Below are positions 18,726 to 34,290 of a stretch of 64,000 nt of DNA, piece by piece. Every line of letters starts with the position of its first letter. Position 1 is the first letter of the stretch. The notes beneath the pieces were generated by a model. It made no database searches. It saw nothing but the letters and a program-made list of their open reading frames with translations, and had not been told where the DNA came from. Both the position numbers and the translations under genes were made by a program. Source of the DNA: Eledone cirrhosa (taxonomy: Eukaryota); NCBI GenBank assembly GCA_964016885.1, contig OZ024745.1, forward strand, positions 63,054,001 through 63,118,000, read 5' to 3'.

Positions 18726-18801
<76 letters not shown>

Positions 18802-18930
18802 TAAGCATAATTCAAGATAAATAAGACGGACAACAGAGATAAGCAGGGTGGGTGAGGTGGGCTGGCAAGTAGTTCGGCGAGTATTTCTGGGAGCCGCGTC
18901 GAAATTATAAACACACACACAGACACGCAG

Positions 18931-18965
<35 letters not shown>

Positions 18966-18974
18966 AATTTGTCA

Positions 18975-20315
18975 ATTTCAAGAGAAATGTCAGGAGCATC
19001 AGATACCTCTCTACCTCGCCTTCGTCGACTTGACGAAGGCATGTGACCTGGTCAACAGGAGCGGACTCTTCAAGCTTCTTCAGAAGATTGGCTGCATCCC
19101 CACCTGCTTGCTCGTGTCATCTCGTTCCACGAGAACATGCACAGCACAGTCTGCTTCGACGGCGCTACGCCCGCGGCCTTCCCCGTTAGCAGTGGCGCCG
19201 ATACTTTTCAGCATCTTCTTCTCGATGCTCCTCCAGTACGCCTTCAAGGACTGCAAAGAGGGCGTGTATATCCACACCAGAGCTGACGGTGGGCTCTTCA
19301 ACATTGCCCGTCTTGGTGCCAAGACCAAGGTGGCGGATGCTCTATTCTGATGATGCAGCCCTGACGTCGCACTCGGAGGAGGGCCTACAGCTGCTTGTCA
19401 GTCGCCTCTCCCACGCCTGCAAGGAGTTCGGACTGACCATCAGTCTAACGAAACCAATGTCATGGCGCAGGGCACAAATCACCTTCCAACTATCACCATT
19501 GACGGGCACGCGCTGGGAGCGGTCAACATGTTTACCTACCCCTGGTCCCTCATCTCAGGCTCGCTCACCCTAGATGCGGAGGTGAGCAGCAGGATCGCCA
19601 AGGCTGCAGCAGGTATGGTCAAGCTGAGTAAGAGGGTATGGAACAACCCCTGCCTCACGGAGAAGACCAAGCTGTGCGTTACCAGGCCTGTGTGCTCAGC
19701 ATTCTGCTCTACAGCAGTGAGGCATGGACCCCCTACGCGTAGCAGGAGAAGAAACCCGACAGCTTCCACCTTAGATGTCTGCGGCGCATTCTGGACATAG
19801 GCTGGCAGGACGAGGTTCCCAACACAGAGGTCCTGAAGCGGGCCCGGATGAACAGGATGTTCGCCATCCTCAGAGAAAGACGCCTGCGCTGGTTCGGCCA
19901 TGTCAGACGAATGGATCCTGGCCGCATCCCCAAGGACCTCCTGTACTGGCAGAGGGTGCGCGACCGACCGGACGCCCGCAACTCCGCTTCAGGGACGTTT
20001 GCAAGAAGGACCTAAAGCTGTGTGGTATTAACGATTCCTCGTGGGAGAACCTCGCTGAGGACCGCCCATCCTGGCCCTCCACTGTTAGTAGAGGTGTGCT
20101 GGTAGCCGAAGATGCGAGAAATGCGGCTCTAGCTGACAGGAGGTCCAGGAGGATCGACAAGGAATCCAATCCTCAGCAACGAACAGCATATGTTTGCACT
20201 AAGTGCACCAGGGACTGCCACTCACGGTTTGGTTGTTCAGCCACTCACGCAAGTGCAACTGCTGAGACCCACGCGGAGCTACTCCATCGTCTTGCGAAGA
20301 CGGACAGATCCTGAC
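18975..20315 (+). mobile_element. 5'-truncated, frameshifted RTE-clade LINE (RT plus C-terminal zinc finger)
   Basis: AFVDLTKA.DLVNRSGL, LYSDDAAL, RLRWFGHVRRM, GRPQLRFRDVCKKDLK, YVCTKCTRDCHSR. Confidence 0.93.
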
Positions 20316-20511
20316 GATATAAATGTATACACACTTTGATTTGAATGCTCTAGATGTGCGTATACATTTTTGGGGGGACACCCTTTATATATGTACACAT
20401 ATATGGAGTTGGGTGCGTGTGAAGTTGTCCACGAAACAAAAATAGTACTAAATTGTTTTGGTTTTACCCTTCAATATTTTAGTCTGTATCTGTTGATACT
20501 ATTATTATACC

Positions 20512-20600
20512 CAGTTTCATCCTTACGGGGTCGATAAAATAAAGTACCAGTGATGCACTGGGTAATTGCTGGCCTTGTGCCAAAAGTAGAAACAATTATT
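20512..20600 (+). mobile_element. SINE 3' fragment
   Basis: tttcatccttacggggtcgataaaataaagtaccag...gctggccttgtgcc. Confidence 0.75.
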
Positions 20601-22177
20601 ATACCCAGTTTCACTATATATTACTTCGTTTCCATTGCTTGCATTGTGTAAATTGTCTGTATTTTGAGGATTCTTATGTCAATATTACCAGAATGACCAG
20701 TTGGTTGTTTGCTTTTGTTTGTAGATTTTGACATAAACCCGACTTTACTAAATTGATATTTTGTTGATATCTATCTGTATTGATTCTTCGCCCATTTTGA
20801 CGGGTGATGGTTAATTTATTCAATCTATTGGAACTGTGTATGGCTGGCATATTGTTGATCACTTCCCTTTACTCGCCCAATCTAAATTGGTACCCTGTTG
20901 CGGTCTTGTTCACTGCTTTTTTATTTACTGATATTAATTCTGGTGTCTTTGTATAGATTCCGAGGGAAAAATAGCAGTGTAATTTATTTTATGATAAGCA
21001 TTACATTTATCACTAAAGGATCAGGTATTTCTATTAGTGAATTTATTTCTGATATTATTTATTCTCACCTAAGAGCTAAGCATAATAATGGAGTAAATTA
21101 TTCCATCAAGCAGCATCATATTACAAGAGAATTGTAAAATTAGAAGATTCTCTGTAGGAGTGAAGTACATAACTAAAATCAAGTAAATGAATCTCAAATG
21201 AAACAGAGAAAGTAACTGGATTATATGAATTTTCAAATTAAATACAGATAATTCCAATCCGGCAATACATAACACAAGCTATTAAAATGTAATATTCCCA
21301 CAACAGGTAGCAGCCTTTCTACAGCAGAGTATATATAAAATAGAAACTGGTCAATGATTGACAGCGAATAACATACATATATTTTTCCCGCATATGCCCT
21401 TGAGCATCGTAACGTTTCAGCATAATATCACAAGGCTGTTTATTTTATATAAGAAATGAGCTACTAACATGGTTCAGTTATTATTTAATCAAGTGAATGG
21501 CAGAATCGTTAATGCGTCAGACAAATGCATAGCAGTATTTTATCCGGCAGTTTTCTGTTTAACTTTATCTTTGCTTTTCATCATTTTGGGAACATTCGTA
21601 CTGAAGGCATCATACAAAAAATGTACCTCACCACACAATTGTGTAAGTCACATTAATGAATTTAATTTTTAATTCCCAGCTGCAAATTAAGAAATTACCA
21701 AGTAAAATAATAAGCACCAACACGGAATTAAAAACCATTTAAAAGAAGGGACAGGTTGAATACTTAAATCAAATGGTCAAATCAAACCACATACACAGTG
21801 CATAAAATATATTTCTAGTGATGTTATTTATAGAATAACAATTTATGAATTATGGAAAAGACAATTAAATCAACAGGCATGTTGTGAACTAAACGATAAA
21901 CATACACAGAGTTGTAACATGAAAGGACGTGATTTAATAAATTATGCTTATTTTTTATTTAAATAAGTAAAGGTGGGGGATTAGGAGAGACATTAGAGCA
22001 TTGGATAAAGATTTTAATCGTGATGCTGATGTTCTCAGTTCATCTTTGCCTCTCTTTCTTTCGTGACCGATAGTTCTGAGGACATTTTTTTCTTTGATCT
22101 TTTTCGGAATCGTGGTCGATCTATAGACTTTCTTTTATTCACAACTTTGCAGTCCTTGTGCCTAAATCTCTAATCAT

Positions 22178-22590
22178 TAGTGGATTGGCAGTATCGGTAG
22201 AGGGTTGGACGCCATGCTTTGAAGCATAGAGTTACCTCCCTTTATGATCTGAGTTCAAATGCCGCCGAGGTTAACTTTGCCTTTCATCCTTACATGGTCG
22301 ATAAAATAAAGTACCAGTAATACACTGGGATAATTGCTGGCCTTGTGCCAAAAGTAGAAACAATTATTTATTCAAGTGAGGATTGTCAGTCGTTAAAGCA
22401 TTAGACATATATTTAGCAGTGTTTGATTTCGTCCTTTACGTTCAAAGCTCAAATCCTGCTGAGGTTATCTCTCACAGTTATCTTTACGGGGTCTATAAAA
22501 TTAAGTATTAGCAATGCACAAGGGTCGATTTAACCGACTTTCCTCTCCACCGAAAAATTAGTGGCCTTTTGCCGATATAAAATATTATAA
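22178..22590 (+). mobile_element. Two tandem tRNA-derived SINE copies (22178-22370, 22375-22590)
   Basis: A-box-like tggcagtatcgg, B-box gagttcaaat, and a core shared with 41518-41705. Confidence 0.8.
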
Positions 22591-22779
22591 TATAATAAGG
22601 GCAACATGAAAATCGACGAAATCAATGCGAAAATAGACGTGAAATGAACTAAATAATAAAGATATTAGGACAAGCAAAGAATTCGCAAATGAAAAGGTGG
22701 CAAGCAGGGACAATTTTAACAGCATTGCGTAGTCACATCAATAATTTTATGATTAATATTTATATATAATATAATGAAT

Positions 22780-23071
<292 letters not shown>

Positions 23072-25459
23072 TATATTATCATATATAATAGGATTTAATG
23101 CAGCATATGGTAATTTTGAAAATATGTTTACCACTGTGGGAAACAAGATGTGTAAAAAGCATTAAATTTGGTAAAAATAAGGGACTTCACTTGGCCAGTG
23201 AAGTATATATACAAATAATGTATCTATACTTTGTATATTTAATGCAATTCAGGATTTTATTCTTTTCGTTCTTTATTTACAACTTTTGTTTATTATTAGA
23301 CTTGGCTTACTATTTTCGCTTACTATTTCTGTTATTTGAATATTATATTAATTTCTCAATGTCGCAATGTTTTGTACTTTTGCTTGGTTAACAGTAAGTA
23401 ATGCTTATTGCAGCTGCAGCAAAAACATTGACGAACCGCTTCTTACTTGCCTGTAAAAAGTTTAGTTTAAAAATCAGCATTAAGAAAGCTACATCAACCA
23501 AAGCCGAACCCCCTTACCCCAGGCAGGTAGAAGATGATAAACAGGGAGAGCAGTGGCAGTGTTAATACTTTTATAAGGATCTAAGAAATGGACACTTTCA
23601 TCTACACTTATTGACCGAGTCTCCAATGTTGATCTGTTCACAAGATGCAACGTCAGTGGTATTTGTTTGTGTCTCATGCAATTCCAACTTAGATGGGCTT
23701 GTCATGCCTTACGGACGGATGAGGACCGCACAGCCAATTTACTATAATACAGTTAACTGTATAGTTGTGCGCGTAATATAGGCAGACCATTACACAGCTA
23801 TACAGACACACTGAAATAATATCTTAACTCTATGAACATGCCTTTTATTTCTTTTGAAGCCCTAGTGTCTGACCGTGAAAAATGGAGAACTCTCTGCCTT
23901 GAAGGTATAAATAACTTCTTTAAAATCTCCTCTCGTCCATCTTCGTGATCCAAGATCTAACACTACGATTCCATTAAACCCTCCATCCTGCACCGCTAAA
24001 ATCCTATCATCTGCACGAAATACGGTTTGATGTGTAAATAAGCAGTTGGACTGAAGTACCATTCAAATTATAACCATAAAAAGTGAATTGAGAAGGCTGC
24101 TGAACCTTTATTATTCGATAAACAACGGGTGAATCCTTCATATATATGTATGTGTATGTTTGTATAATGTTAGATAGTGAAACATTACAAGTTGTAGTTA
24201 ATTAAATCATGGATTTCCTCGTGCTATAGGCCTATTGTATCTATTTGTATCTATTGAATAAAATTCTAAGATTATTGTTTATGAGGATAAATGGCAGATT
24301 GAATAAGTTTATTTCCAGGCTTTTAACATGGAGTTGCATAACAGCTATAGGTTAGTCTACACATCAATATATATTATTTCTATCCACTCCCGCCCTTAGG
24401 AGACCTTAAAGCATTGAATTAATTAACTACAACATTTTGTTTATTTTTTCCTTCTTCAGCATTACGTATGTGACCTTGTAGGTTTTGAATAATCAATGAC
24501 ATCTAATAACATATCGCTACTTTCACAACACAAAATTAGCTTTGATGTAATGTGATATTCATATCAACACCACATTGAGTTCTAAAACGGTGGTGAAAGC
24601 ACTTGCCTTGAATACGACAACTCGATTATTTCGATCCTTCGCAGGCGGCTCTATCGACTAGGTTTAATTTACCTTATTTTCATAAGTATTATTTACAGTG
24701 ATCGGTTATTATTACGCCATTTTGTGTTGGCACGCACATTATTTAAATTTCAAATTTTCCCAATATCAACCACTTTGTTTATATATATTTACAAGCACGG
24801 CCTGAAAAACGATAAAAATATACGAGATCCTACTTCTGGTACTGGATTCTAAATCTGGGCGATTGTAAACTATATAGTATGCTAAATTAACAATTTTAAA
24901 CGTTATATTAGATAAGCTGAGCGCCTTATATTCCCTTTTCTATCTATAACATGGGGATCACATTTAATTTTGCGACAACTTAAACAAACAGCCAATTTGT
25001 GCCAAGTTGTGCAAACAAACTGGTGCTGAACACAGTCCTATGTCAGTGAATATCGATGTGGAATAAATCCCAGATTATGAATACCAGACTTTGAAATATA
25101 AATTATAAACAAGATATGTACAATCACAAGCTTGAAAAAAATAAGAGAAAAGAACAGACGCTCTCATGGAAGGCGAAGCATTTACCTGTTCCTAGCAAGG
25201 CGCTCGATATATATTATAGAGAGATAGGAGAGAATGAAAGAGAGATAGAGAGAGGGGGGGATAAAGAGAAAGGGAGAGAGGGAGGAAGAGGCGATTTGGT
25301 ATCAGAAACAGATAGAAACTGAGACACTGACTGATCTTGAAACATAAAATGATTGCAAAATGTTAACATACATTTTCGTCTAAATCACTCTCATGCACAT
25401 ATACACACATATATATGCAAGTATGCACAGACACATCTATGTATCTACATCTATCTCTA

Positions 25460-25511
<52 letters not shown>

Positions 25512-25533
25512 TCTCTATTTATCTATCTAGCTA

Positions 25534-25634
<101 letters not shown>

Positions 25635-26562
25635 CTAGATAGATAAATAGAGATCTATAAATAGATAGATAGATAGACATATGTACATAAGTACCCGATG
25701 CATTTATACATACATGCATCATACAGAAATACAAACATATTTGCATACATGCATACATACATACACTTTCATACAAAAAAAATCATGGGGTACATGCATG
25801 CATTATATAAAATAGAGCTTCCATATTCAATGCTTAAGCTGTATTCGTAAGAAGTACGATTTTCTCGAATGATCAATTTTAAGCAATTGAAACATGATAA
25901 TCGAAATTGGTAAAATATATTTAGCGCACGATTATTTAATGTGATACCAATAGGAAGAATGAGAAAAAACCTATTTTTTTGTTCATTCTAGTTATTGATA
26001 TCAGATCGTGGATTTTGTAGTGTTTGAAAAGACTCTGAAATATGTTATTGTTATATTTTTTGCAATATTGTTTGAGGAAGCAGTTTCTATTATTCAACAT
26101 TAAAATTTTGTTCGGATTTGGAGTCCGAGTGATTCGGTTTATCAACATTTCACATTGAATGCTTTCTATTTATTGGTTTTAAAGGTATATCATAGGAGTT
26201 TAATGTAGTTCATTCGAGTATAACATTTTCGCTTTGCTCATTGGTTCGATATGTTAATGATATAGTATGTTTTCTCTTTCATTTACATTTACAGATAATA
26301 GAGCTTGTAAAATCTCCACAGGTTTCAAGATTTCGTATTAAATTATGTAACCATCTGAATACCTACTCGAAATATTTACGTGTAAACGGCTGAATATTTT
26401 ACAAATAGGTTTATCCTTAATATAATTCTCAGGTTAATGCAACCTGGCATATCTTGTCAATTAAATTACAGATACAATTTAAAGAGAGACTGACATATAG
26501 AGAGATATATATAGAGAGAGATAGATAGTTAGATAGAGAGATAGAGAGAGAAGGAGAGAGAA

Positions 26563-26624
<62 letters not shown>

Positions 26625-27140
26625 CCGTTTCTGTTGAATTAGGACCATTATTCCTCTTTATTACCATGTCTATATGATAATGGTAGAACTACTAACAATA
26701 GAGATTATTTTTGCTAAAATGTATGGGATTTTTTTGAGTGGAATAGAAATCATTTCCTAAACAGCTCAAAGATATTTTTTCGTCGAAAATAGTGGATGAG
26801 AAGAGAAACTCGTGCCTTTTCAGTATTGGAAGTATTGGGAGAACTGTGAAGCGAAGGGCCTAGACAATGAGATTCAGTAGGTTTGAGGGGAATTAACATT
26901 AACTGTTTTAACCCTAAATAGTACCTGGTCAAATTTGTAACAGAGACATCAACAATTAAATTGTAAATACGTGCTAATATAAAAAATGTATTAGACTTAA
27001 CACAAGACTAGATAACAACCATATCTATACGAAAATAACAAATTGATTTCCCGCAATATTAGTTATCGTATACACACGCCTCCACATATACATGACACGC
27101 ACACATATACGCACATGCCCACGCAGTTACAGGTAGCGCC

Positions 27141-27190
<50 letters not shown>

Positions 27191-27439
27191 GGTAGATGTC
27201 TGTCTGAGTGTGTGTATGATTTTTATGCATTTCCACATTTCTCAACCGATTTTGATGATTTTTGTTCCACTGTGCTCCAAATTTACCAGGGCAGGTCAAC
27301 ATATAATTATTTTTGCCAAACATTTCCTGCTTCTAGGAAAAAAAATCGATAAAACTAAATACATGCTGTAACCCTCTCTCTTACACGCTTCATCCTCTCA
27401 CTACTACCATCAAAAATATATGAAACTACATACATGTTC

Positions 27440-27563
27440 CAACTCTCTTTAAAAGGTTCATCCTTTCCTCTACTCCACTCTCAATCTCCTCTGCAACTCT
27501 CTTTAAAAGGTTCATCACTCTCTCTACTCTCCCCTCAATCTCCTCTTCAACTCTCTTTAAAAG
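27440..27563 (+). repeat. 54 bp minisatellite within the Helitron 5' region
   Basis: caactctctttaaaag at 27440, 27494 and 27548. Confidence 0.85.
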
Positions 27564-28149
27564 ATTACTGCCTCCGTCTACTACCCTATCACAATTTAGA
27601 ACAACGACAACACTTTTGAAGGAACGCGACACAAAATTTGAAACCTAAGCAAACAACAACCATAGCTTTACTCTCCCCGTCGCTCCCCCTCTCTCTACAA
27701 TAGATTATTCCCTTTCTCTATAATTTAACTGCTTTATCCTCTTCATGCTTCGAGGTTTAACACTAGCTTCATTCTATCCGTCGCTCTTATTCCCCCTATT
27801 CGTTCGAGAACGCGAAAAAAAACTTTGATAACTAAACAACACATCATTTTATACAACAACAAACAGTCATAACGACATACTCTCTCTGTCGCTCTTCACT
27901 CCCTATATGACAACACCTCAGAGAGAGAAACAATGTATATGATCAAATGGAGCGTTCTGTATATTCCCCCTCTCTATAATTTAACTGATTTACTCTCTCT
28001 GTCGCTCTTCACTCCCTATATGACAACACTGCAGTGGAGCGTTCCGTATTGACATACGGCTTATCTGGGGCATTTTCAATCGGCTTATTGCAAATAACAA
28101 CCCGCAAAATAACACTTCATATAACAGATTGCTATAGACATATGAATCG

Positions 28150-31054
28150 GAATGTTACATTCCGTGAACTTTTCCCTGGGCAAAATTATTCGAAGAGACA
28201 TGACCTTATTGCCAGAGTGTTCAGACTGAAACTGGCTAAACTCATGGCTTTAATCAAAAAGGTCAGGTAGTTGGAGCTGTAAAATGTGGCATTTTCACCG
28301 TCGAATGGCAAACATGAGGGCTGCCACATGCTCACATTTTGATTTGGTTAGCTGATAAAATCAATTCATTCAAATGCTATAGACAGCTTAATTTCGGCTG
28401 AAATCCCTAACCCAGCAACTGACCAGGAATTACATGACATCGCCAAAGGTAAAATGATTCATGGTCCGTGTGCGTCGGGTCCTAATGAGCATCACACGTG
28501 TCTCAAAGGGGATGGGGTCGTGCAGTAAGGAATACCCCCAAAAATGTGCTGACCAGACTCAGACTGGTGGCGACGGGTACCCCCTGTGCAGGCGGAGACG
28601 GCCCGAGAACGGTGGCTTCACCACAACAGTAAAAGGAGGTCAAGTCGACAATAGATGGGTGGTCCCTTACTGCCCGCTTCTGTTGAAGACGTTCAACGCC
28701 CACATCAACGTTGAGTTTTGCAACTCGTCAAGTCGATAAAATACATATGCAAATATGTAAATAAGGGCTCTGATGCCGCAATGTTCACATTTCAAGCTGA
28801 AAATAACAGGGACGAGGTCACAGAATACCTGGTGGGGCGGTACATCTGTAGCAATGAAGCTTTTTGGCGCCTATTTGGTTTACCCTACACCAACGTCACC
28901 CCGCCATCGTACAGCTTGCGGTACATTTGGAAAATGGGCAAAGGGTTTACTTTACGGACCAAACCGCCGCCAAGTAGGCCGCCGATCCAAAAGAGACGAC
29001 TCTGACAGGTTTCTTCAAACTTTGCCAGTTCGATACATTTGCGCAAACAATTTTGTACTCCCAGGTTCCATCCTACTTTATATGGTCGAAAAACACTTGG
29101 GTGCGAAGAAAGTCAGGTCAGGCTGCTGAAAGACATCCTGTGTAAAATTTGACAGCTGTCTTGGAAGGGTTTACATTGTGCCCCCAAGTCAGCATGAGTG
29201 CTATCATCTCCGCCTTCTCCTGCATGAAGTTGTAGGCCGACAAAGTTTTCAGGACCTCAAAACTGTTGATGGAGAAATATGTGATACGTACAGGGAAGCC
29301 TGCTTTAAGCGTAGTCTTTTGGAAGATGATTCGCAATGGGATTCCACTTTAGCAGAGGGTGCTTTGTTGAAATCGCCTAAAGGTCTACGGGAACTCTTTG
29401 CTATTTGGCTTCAAAAGTGTGAATTGGGTGATCCCATATCTTTATGGTCAAGTACAGAGACTTCATGTCTGAGGACTTCCTGCGCCTGGCTCATCTGCAG
29501 TATACTTCAGTGGAAGTTGGTTACAGCGACATTATCTACAACAGGGCAATCATTGATATCGCGGACGTCCTCCTCGACATGGGTGGGAGTGAGTTGGCGA
29601 CGTATGGCTTGCCGTCAACCGTCAGAGAGGAAGCTAACACGTTGGCCCCGGATTTGTTGCGGGAAACAGCATATGACATCGAATCTCTTTCCCAATACTT
29701 AGAGGAAAATGAGCCCAAACTTCTGTTGAACCAAAGGTTGGCCTATTTAACTATCATTGACGCGGTTCAAAATCAGACTGGGAGTATTAACTTTCTCGAT
29801 GCTCCTGGGGGTACCGGAAAAACTTATCTAACGAAATTGATTCTCGCTAAGATTCTTCAGGAGAAAAAAATTTCGTTGGCCGTTGCATCGTCCGGGATCG
29901 CTGCTACTTTGCTGCTGCGAGGCAGGACAGCACATTCCACCCTTAAACTCCCCTTGGATTTAGTAAAAACTGAGACACCAACATGCAATATCAGCAAGAG
30001 TTCACACGAAGCTCTGGGTCTCAAAAAATGTTGCCTCATTGTTTGGGATGAGTGCACAATGGCACACAAGGGTGCCCTTGAGGCATTGGACGTTTCCCTG
30101 AAAGACATTAGGGATTCTACGGCTCCTATGGGTGGCGTAACCCTTCTGCTATCAGGGGATTTTTGGCAAACGCTGCCTGTCATTCCCAATCGGACAAGAG
30201 CTGATGAAGTGCGTGCCTGTCTTAAGACGTCCATGTTGTGGCTGCAGGTGAAGAGTTTGTACCTGAGCACAAATATGCGTGCTCATTTGCATGGTGACAA
30301 CATGTCTGCAGCATTTGCTCAGAATATTTTAGCACTTGGTGAGAGCAAGGTCCCTGCGGATGACAAGGGTGGCATAGCAATCGACTCCCTGTGCAACATT
30401 GTGAGCAGCCCCTCTGAATTTTGGGAAGCATTTTTTTCCTAATGTCTCATCTAACTTTAAAAACCTCGATTGGCTCAGCGAAAGAGCCATCCTTGCTCTG
30501 AAAATACCATGGATAATTTTATTAACGAGCAGCTGATTGAGAAAATTCCCAGTAAAGAATACATTTTCAAATCTATCGACCGGACGTCAGACTCCGACGA
30601 TATGGTTAATTATCCGGTTGAGTTATTAAACTCCCTTGAGCCCCCAGGGCTCCCACCTCACATTCTTAAGCTTAGGGTTGGCTGTCCCATTATGCTAATA
30701 AGGAAATTGCGTTCACCAAAGCAGTGCAACGGTACCACTTGATTGAGGCCACCATTGTAACGGGGTGCGGGAGAGGGGAGAATGTTTTCATTCCAAGGAT
30801 GAACCTTAGCCCCTGGCGTCAGATATCCCGTTCGATTTCCGGCGATCCCAATTTCCGGTGAGACCATGTTTTGCCATGTCCATTTACAAGTCACAAGAGC
30901 AAACATTGTCGTGGCGGGCATCCATTTGGGGGAGCCATGCTTCTCCCATGGCCAACTTTATGTTTCCTGTTCCAGCGTAGGGAGCAGGAATGGACATTTT
31001 GCTTACACACCTCAAGGGGTGACACGCAATATCGTCTACAAAGAGATGCTATAG
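28150..31054 (+). pseudogene. Helitron Rep/Pif1 helicase, with multiple frameshifts and stops
   Basis: ORF pieces 28034-28270, 28461-28739, 28718-29005, 29178-29702, 29444-30442, 30470-30742 and 30866-31054 are colinear parts of RepHel. Confidence 0.92.
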
Positions 31055-31369
31055 ATGTTCGTGCAGGTGTTGGAGCTATGCTGGAAAACTGGTAGGGTCA
31101 CCCATAGCGGACAGATCTGATACCCAGCAGCATCAGGGCCACCATCTTGCAACTTTGGTCTACTAAATTCGCTATTGGAAGATTATTAACCCATCATTGA
31201 TTGTTCAAAATGCTAATTGGTTCGTAACTATTAATAACCGATTCAACTGCTTTATGCACTTAATTGATAACCTTATGTGCTTTCAAGCTACGTTTACTTG
31301 TTTGTAACTTTTCATAGCAAATGAACAAACCCGAGCAACGCCGGTCTAAACTGCTAGTATATATATATA

Positions 31370-31535
31370 TAACGAAGTATAGCGAAGGAGGTGTGGTAAG
31401 GAACCAGATGGACCATAACGCACTAGAGTACTCAATATTTTGGGTAGTAGAATGGGTAATAGGAAAATGTTTAACCCCGACGGCACAGCTCAAGCCGTTT
31501 CGTCGAAACGACCTGAGCTCTGCCATCGGGGTAAT
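31370..31535 (-). repeat. Fold-back repeat, same family as 7523-7700
   Basis: Hairpin 31474-31532 centred on gtttcgtcgaaac; bounded by (TA)n. Confidence 0.75.
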
Positions 31536-31753
31536 TAAATTCTCCTATATATATATATGTGTGTATGTGTGTGTGTGTGTGCGTGTGTGTGTGTGTGTGT
31601 GTATATATGTATGTGTGTGTGTGTGTATGTATATATGTGTGTGTGTGTGTGTATGTATATATGTATATACATGTATATATACATGTATATATATATATAC
31701 ATGTATATATACATGTATATATGTATATACATGTATATATATATATATAAATG

Positions 31754-31813
<60 letters not shown>

Positions 31814-32008
31814 AAACTAAATTAAATTAAGGGAGTCATGTCCGCGATTTGACACAAGGAAGATTAATCATTTTTAAAAGGTAATATGTGAAGTTCTAGT
31901 TAAACTTTAATTAGTTACCTACCTAGCTGTGTGTGCTTACACACTGTACAAATTATCTCCTGTCATTGTTTCATGTGTTTACTTTAAATATATATATATA
32001 TATACATT

Positions 32009-32117
<109 letters not shown>

Positions 32118-32312
32118 AGATAAGCAGAACATGTAAAATTCAACCAATTTTTCAAAATAAATCAAAATTAATATACAATTAAAATTAATCAAAATTAAAA
32201 AATATAATATAAATATTTACCTATTCCAATGTCCCTAACTGTACAGTTTCACGGTGCAAAACATTAAATATCACGAGGATATTAATGGAAAAGCAACGAT
32301 CATCAGAGAATC

Positions 32313-32400
<88 letters not shown>

Positions 32401-32429
32401 CATTTATATATACAGATATATATATACTC

Positions 32430-32473
<44 letters not shown>

Positions 32474-32611
32474 CTGTGTGCCTGTGTCTGTGTGTATATA
32501 TATATGGCCCACGGAAATATTGCAAGAGACCACAGTAACATTGCAGAGCCAACTGTCTTATTTTAGGGGCCAATGTTTTGATTTCAAAAAGTACCTTGAA
32601 TCTAAGAAAAA

Positions 32612-34060
32612 GAATAAAATGAAGAATTAGAAATAGAGGCCAGGACTATCCATCATCAGTGGTCTACTAGCTATCATAGGTATTTCTTCGCATTACAGAT
32701 CATGTACCTCCGGCTAGGACAGTACAATAGCTAAAATAAGTTATTGGGATAAAAAGAATTGGGTGGAGAATGAGAGACAGGTAAACAAACACGAATGGTG
32801 AAGCAACGTAAAGAGAGGAAAAATGAGAAAACGATTCAATGATTCATTTTGAATATAAGAACTTGCGAATATTGACGAGAAGGCAAAGACACATCTTGGC
32901 CGTGCGAGTGTGAGCGAGGAAAGAATTTCGTACGGTGTGGGACGATGGAGTGAGAGAGAGGGTGAGTTGCATAGAGAGAGTGAGTGAAAGTGTGAGGAAG
33001 AGGCTAGCCGAGAGAGGGTGAATAGCAGAGGGGGTGAGTGAAAGTAAGAGGGAGAAGGAGAGAGAAAGGGGAGAGAGAAAGGGGATAGCAGTAAGGGAAG
33101 AGAAAAAGACATGTCACAGCAAGGGGGGAAGTATAAATGGATGAAAAATGGCGAGCTGTCTTATATAATAACATGAAGACTGAGAAATAGAAGCTAGGAC
33201 TATCCATCATCAGTGGTCTTCTAGCTATCATAGGTATTTCTTCGCATTACAGACCATATAGCTCCGGCTAGGGCAATACAATGGCTAAAATAAGTTATTG
33301 GGATAAAAAGAATTGGGTGGAAGAAGAGAGACAGGTAAAGGAACACGAATGGTGAGGCAACGTAAAGTGAGGAACTCCACCCAATTCTTTTTATCCCAAT
33401 AACTTATTTTAGCTATTGTATTGCCCTAGCCGGAGCTATATGGTCTGTAATGCGAAGAAATACCTATGATGGCTAGAAGACCACTGATGATGGATAGTCC
33501 TAGCTTCTATTTCTAAGTCTTCATGTTATTATATAAGACCGCTCGCCATTTTTCATCCATTTATGCTTCCCCCTTTGCTGTGACATGTCTTTTTCTCTTC
33601 CTTTACTGCTATCCCCTTTCTCTCTCCCCTTTCTCTCTCCTTCTCCCTCTTACTTTCACTCAACCCCTCTGCTATTCACCCTCACTCGACTAGCCTCTTC
33701 ATCACACTTTCACTCACTCTCTCTATGCTACTCACCCTCTTTCTCACTCCATCGTCCCACACCGTACGAAATTCTTTCCTCGCTCACACTCGCACGGCCG
33801 AGATGTGTCTTTTGTCTTCTCGTCAATATTCGCAAGTTCTTATGTTCAAAATGAATCATTGACTTGATTTTCTCATTTTTTCCTCTCTTTACGTTGCTTC
33901 ACCATTCGTGTTTATTTACCTGTCTCTCTTTCTCCACCCAACTCTTTTTATCCCAATAACTTATTTTAGCTATTGTATTGTCCTAGCCGGAGGTATATGC
34001 GAAGAAATACCTATAATGATGGATAGTCCTGGCTTCTATTTCTAATTTTTCATTTTATTA
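32612..34060. mobile_element. Inverted tandem module of a ~555 bp monomer (left arm 32612-33372, right arm 33375-34060)
   Basis: ggactatccatcatcagtgg at 32643 and 33197; right arm is the reverse complement; ends in (TA)n. Confidence 0.85.
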
Positions 34061-34290
34061 TATATATATAATTAAGTTAAAAATGTACATCCACATATGT
34101 ATACTGAAATACTAGTATGCATATGAATACACACACGTGTACATATGTAGATGTACCGAGTTTTTCACTGGTCACTTTACTGTGAGTGTCCAGCTATTCT
34201 GTATGTAAACACGCAGACAAACCGGTTTTTAGAGTCATACTGGTTTTTGAGGAAACACCTTTCCTCTATTCTCCAGAAAGCCAGACAAGG

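Larger units (their letters stand above)
27175..31357 (+). mobile_element. Decayed Helitron (RepHel) with 3' hairpin and CTAG terminus
   Basis: Rep motifs (VEWQ.*GLPHAHIL, MIHGPC, DNRWVVPY...HINVE, KYICKYVNKG); Pif1 motifs (DAPGGTGKT, IVWDEC, SHGQLYV); ccgagcaacgccgg hairpin then CTAG|T at 31354-31357; 5' boundary approximate. Confidence 0.92.

Noticed and set aside
23489-23677. piggyBac transposase relic (SISVDES...WGKGVRLWLM)
   Set aside because: A single short motif with no TIRs or further domains; too weak to list
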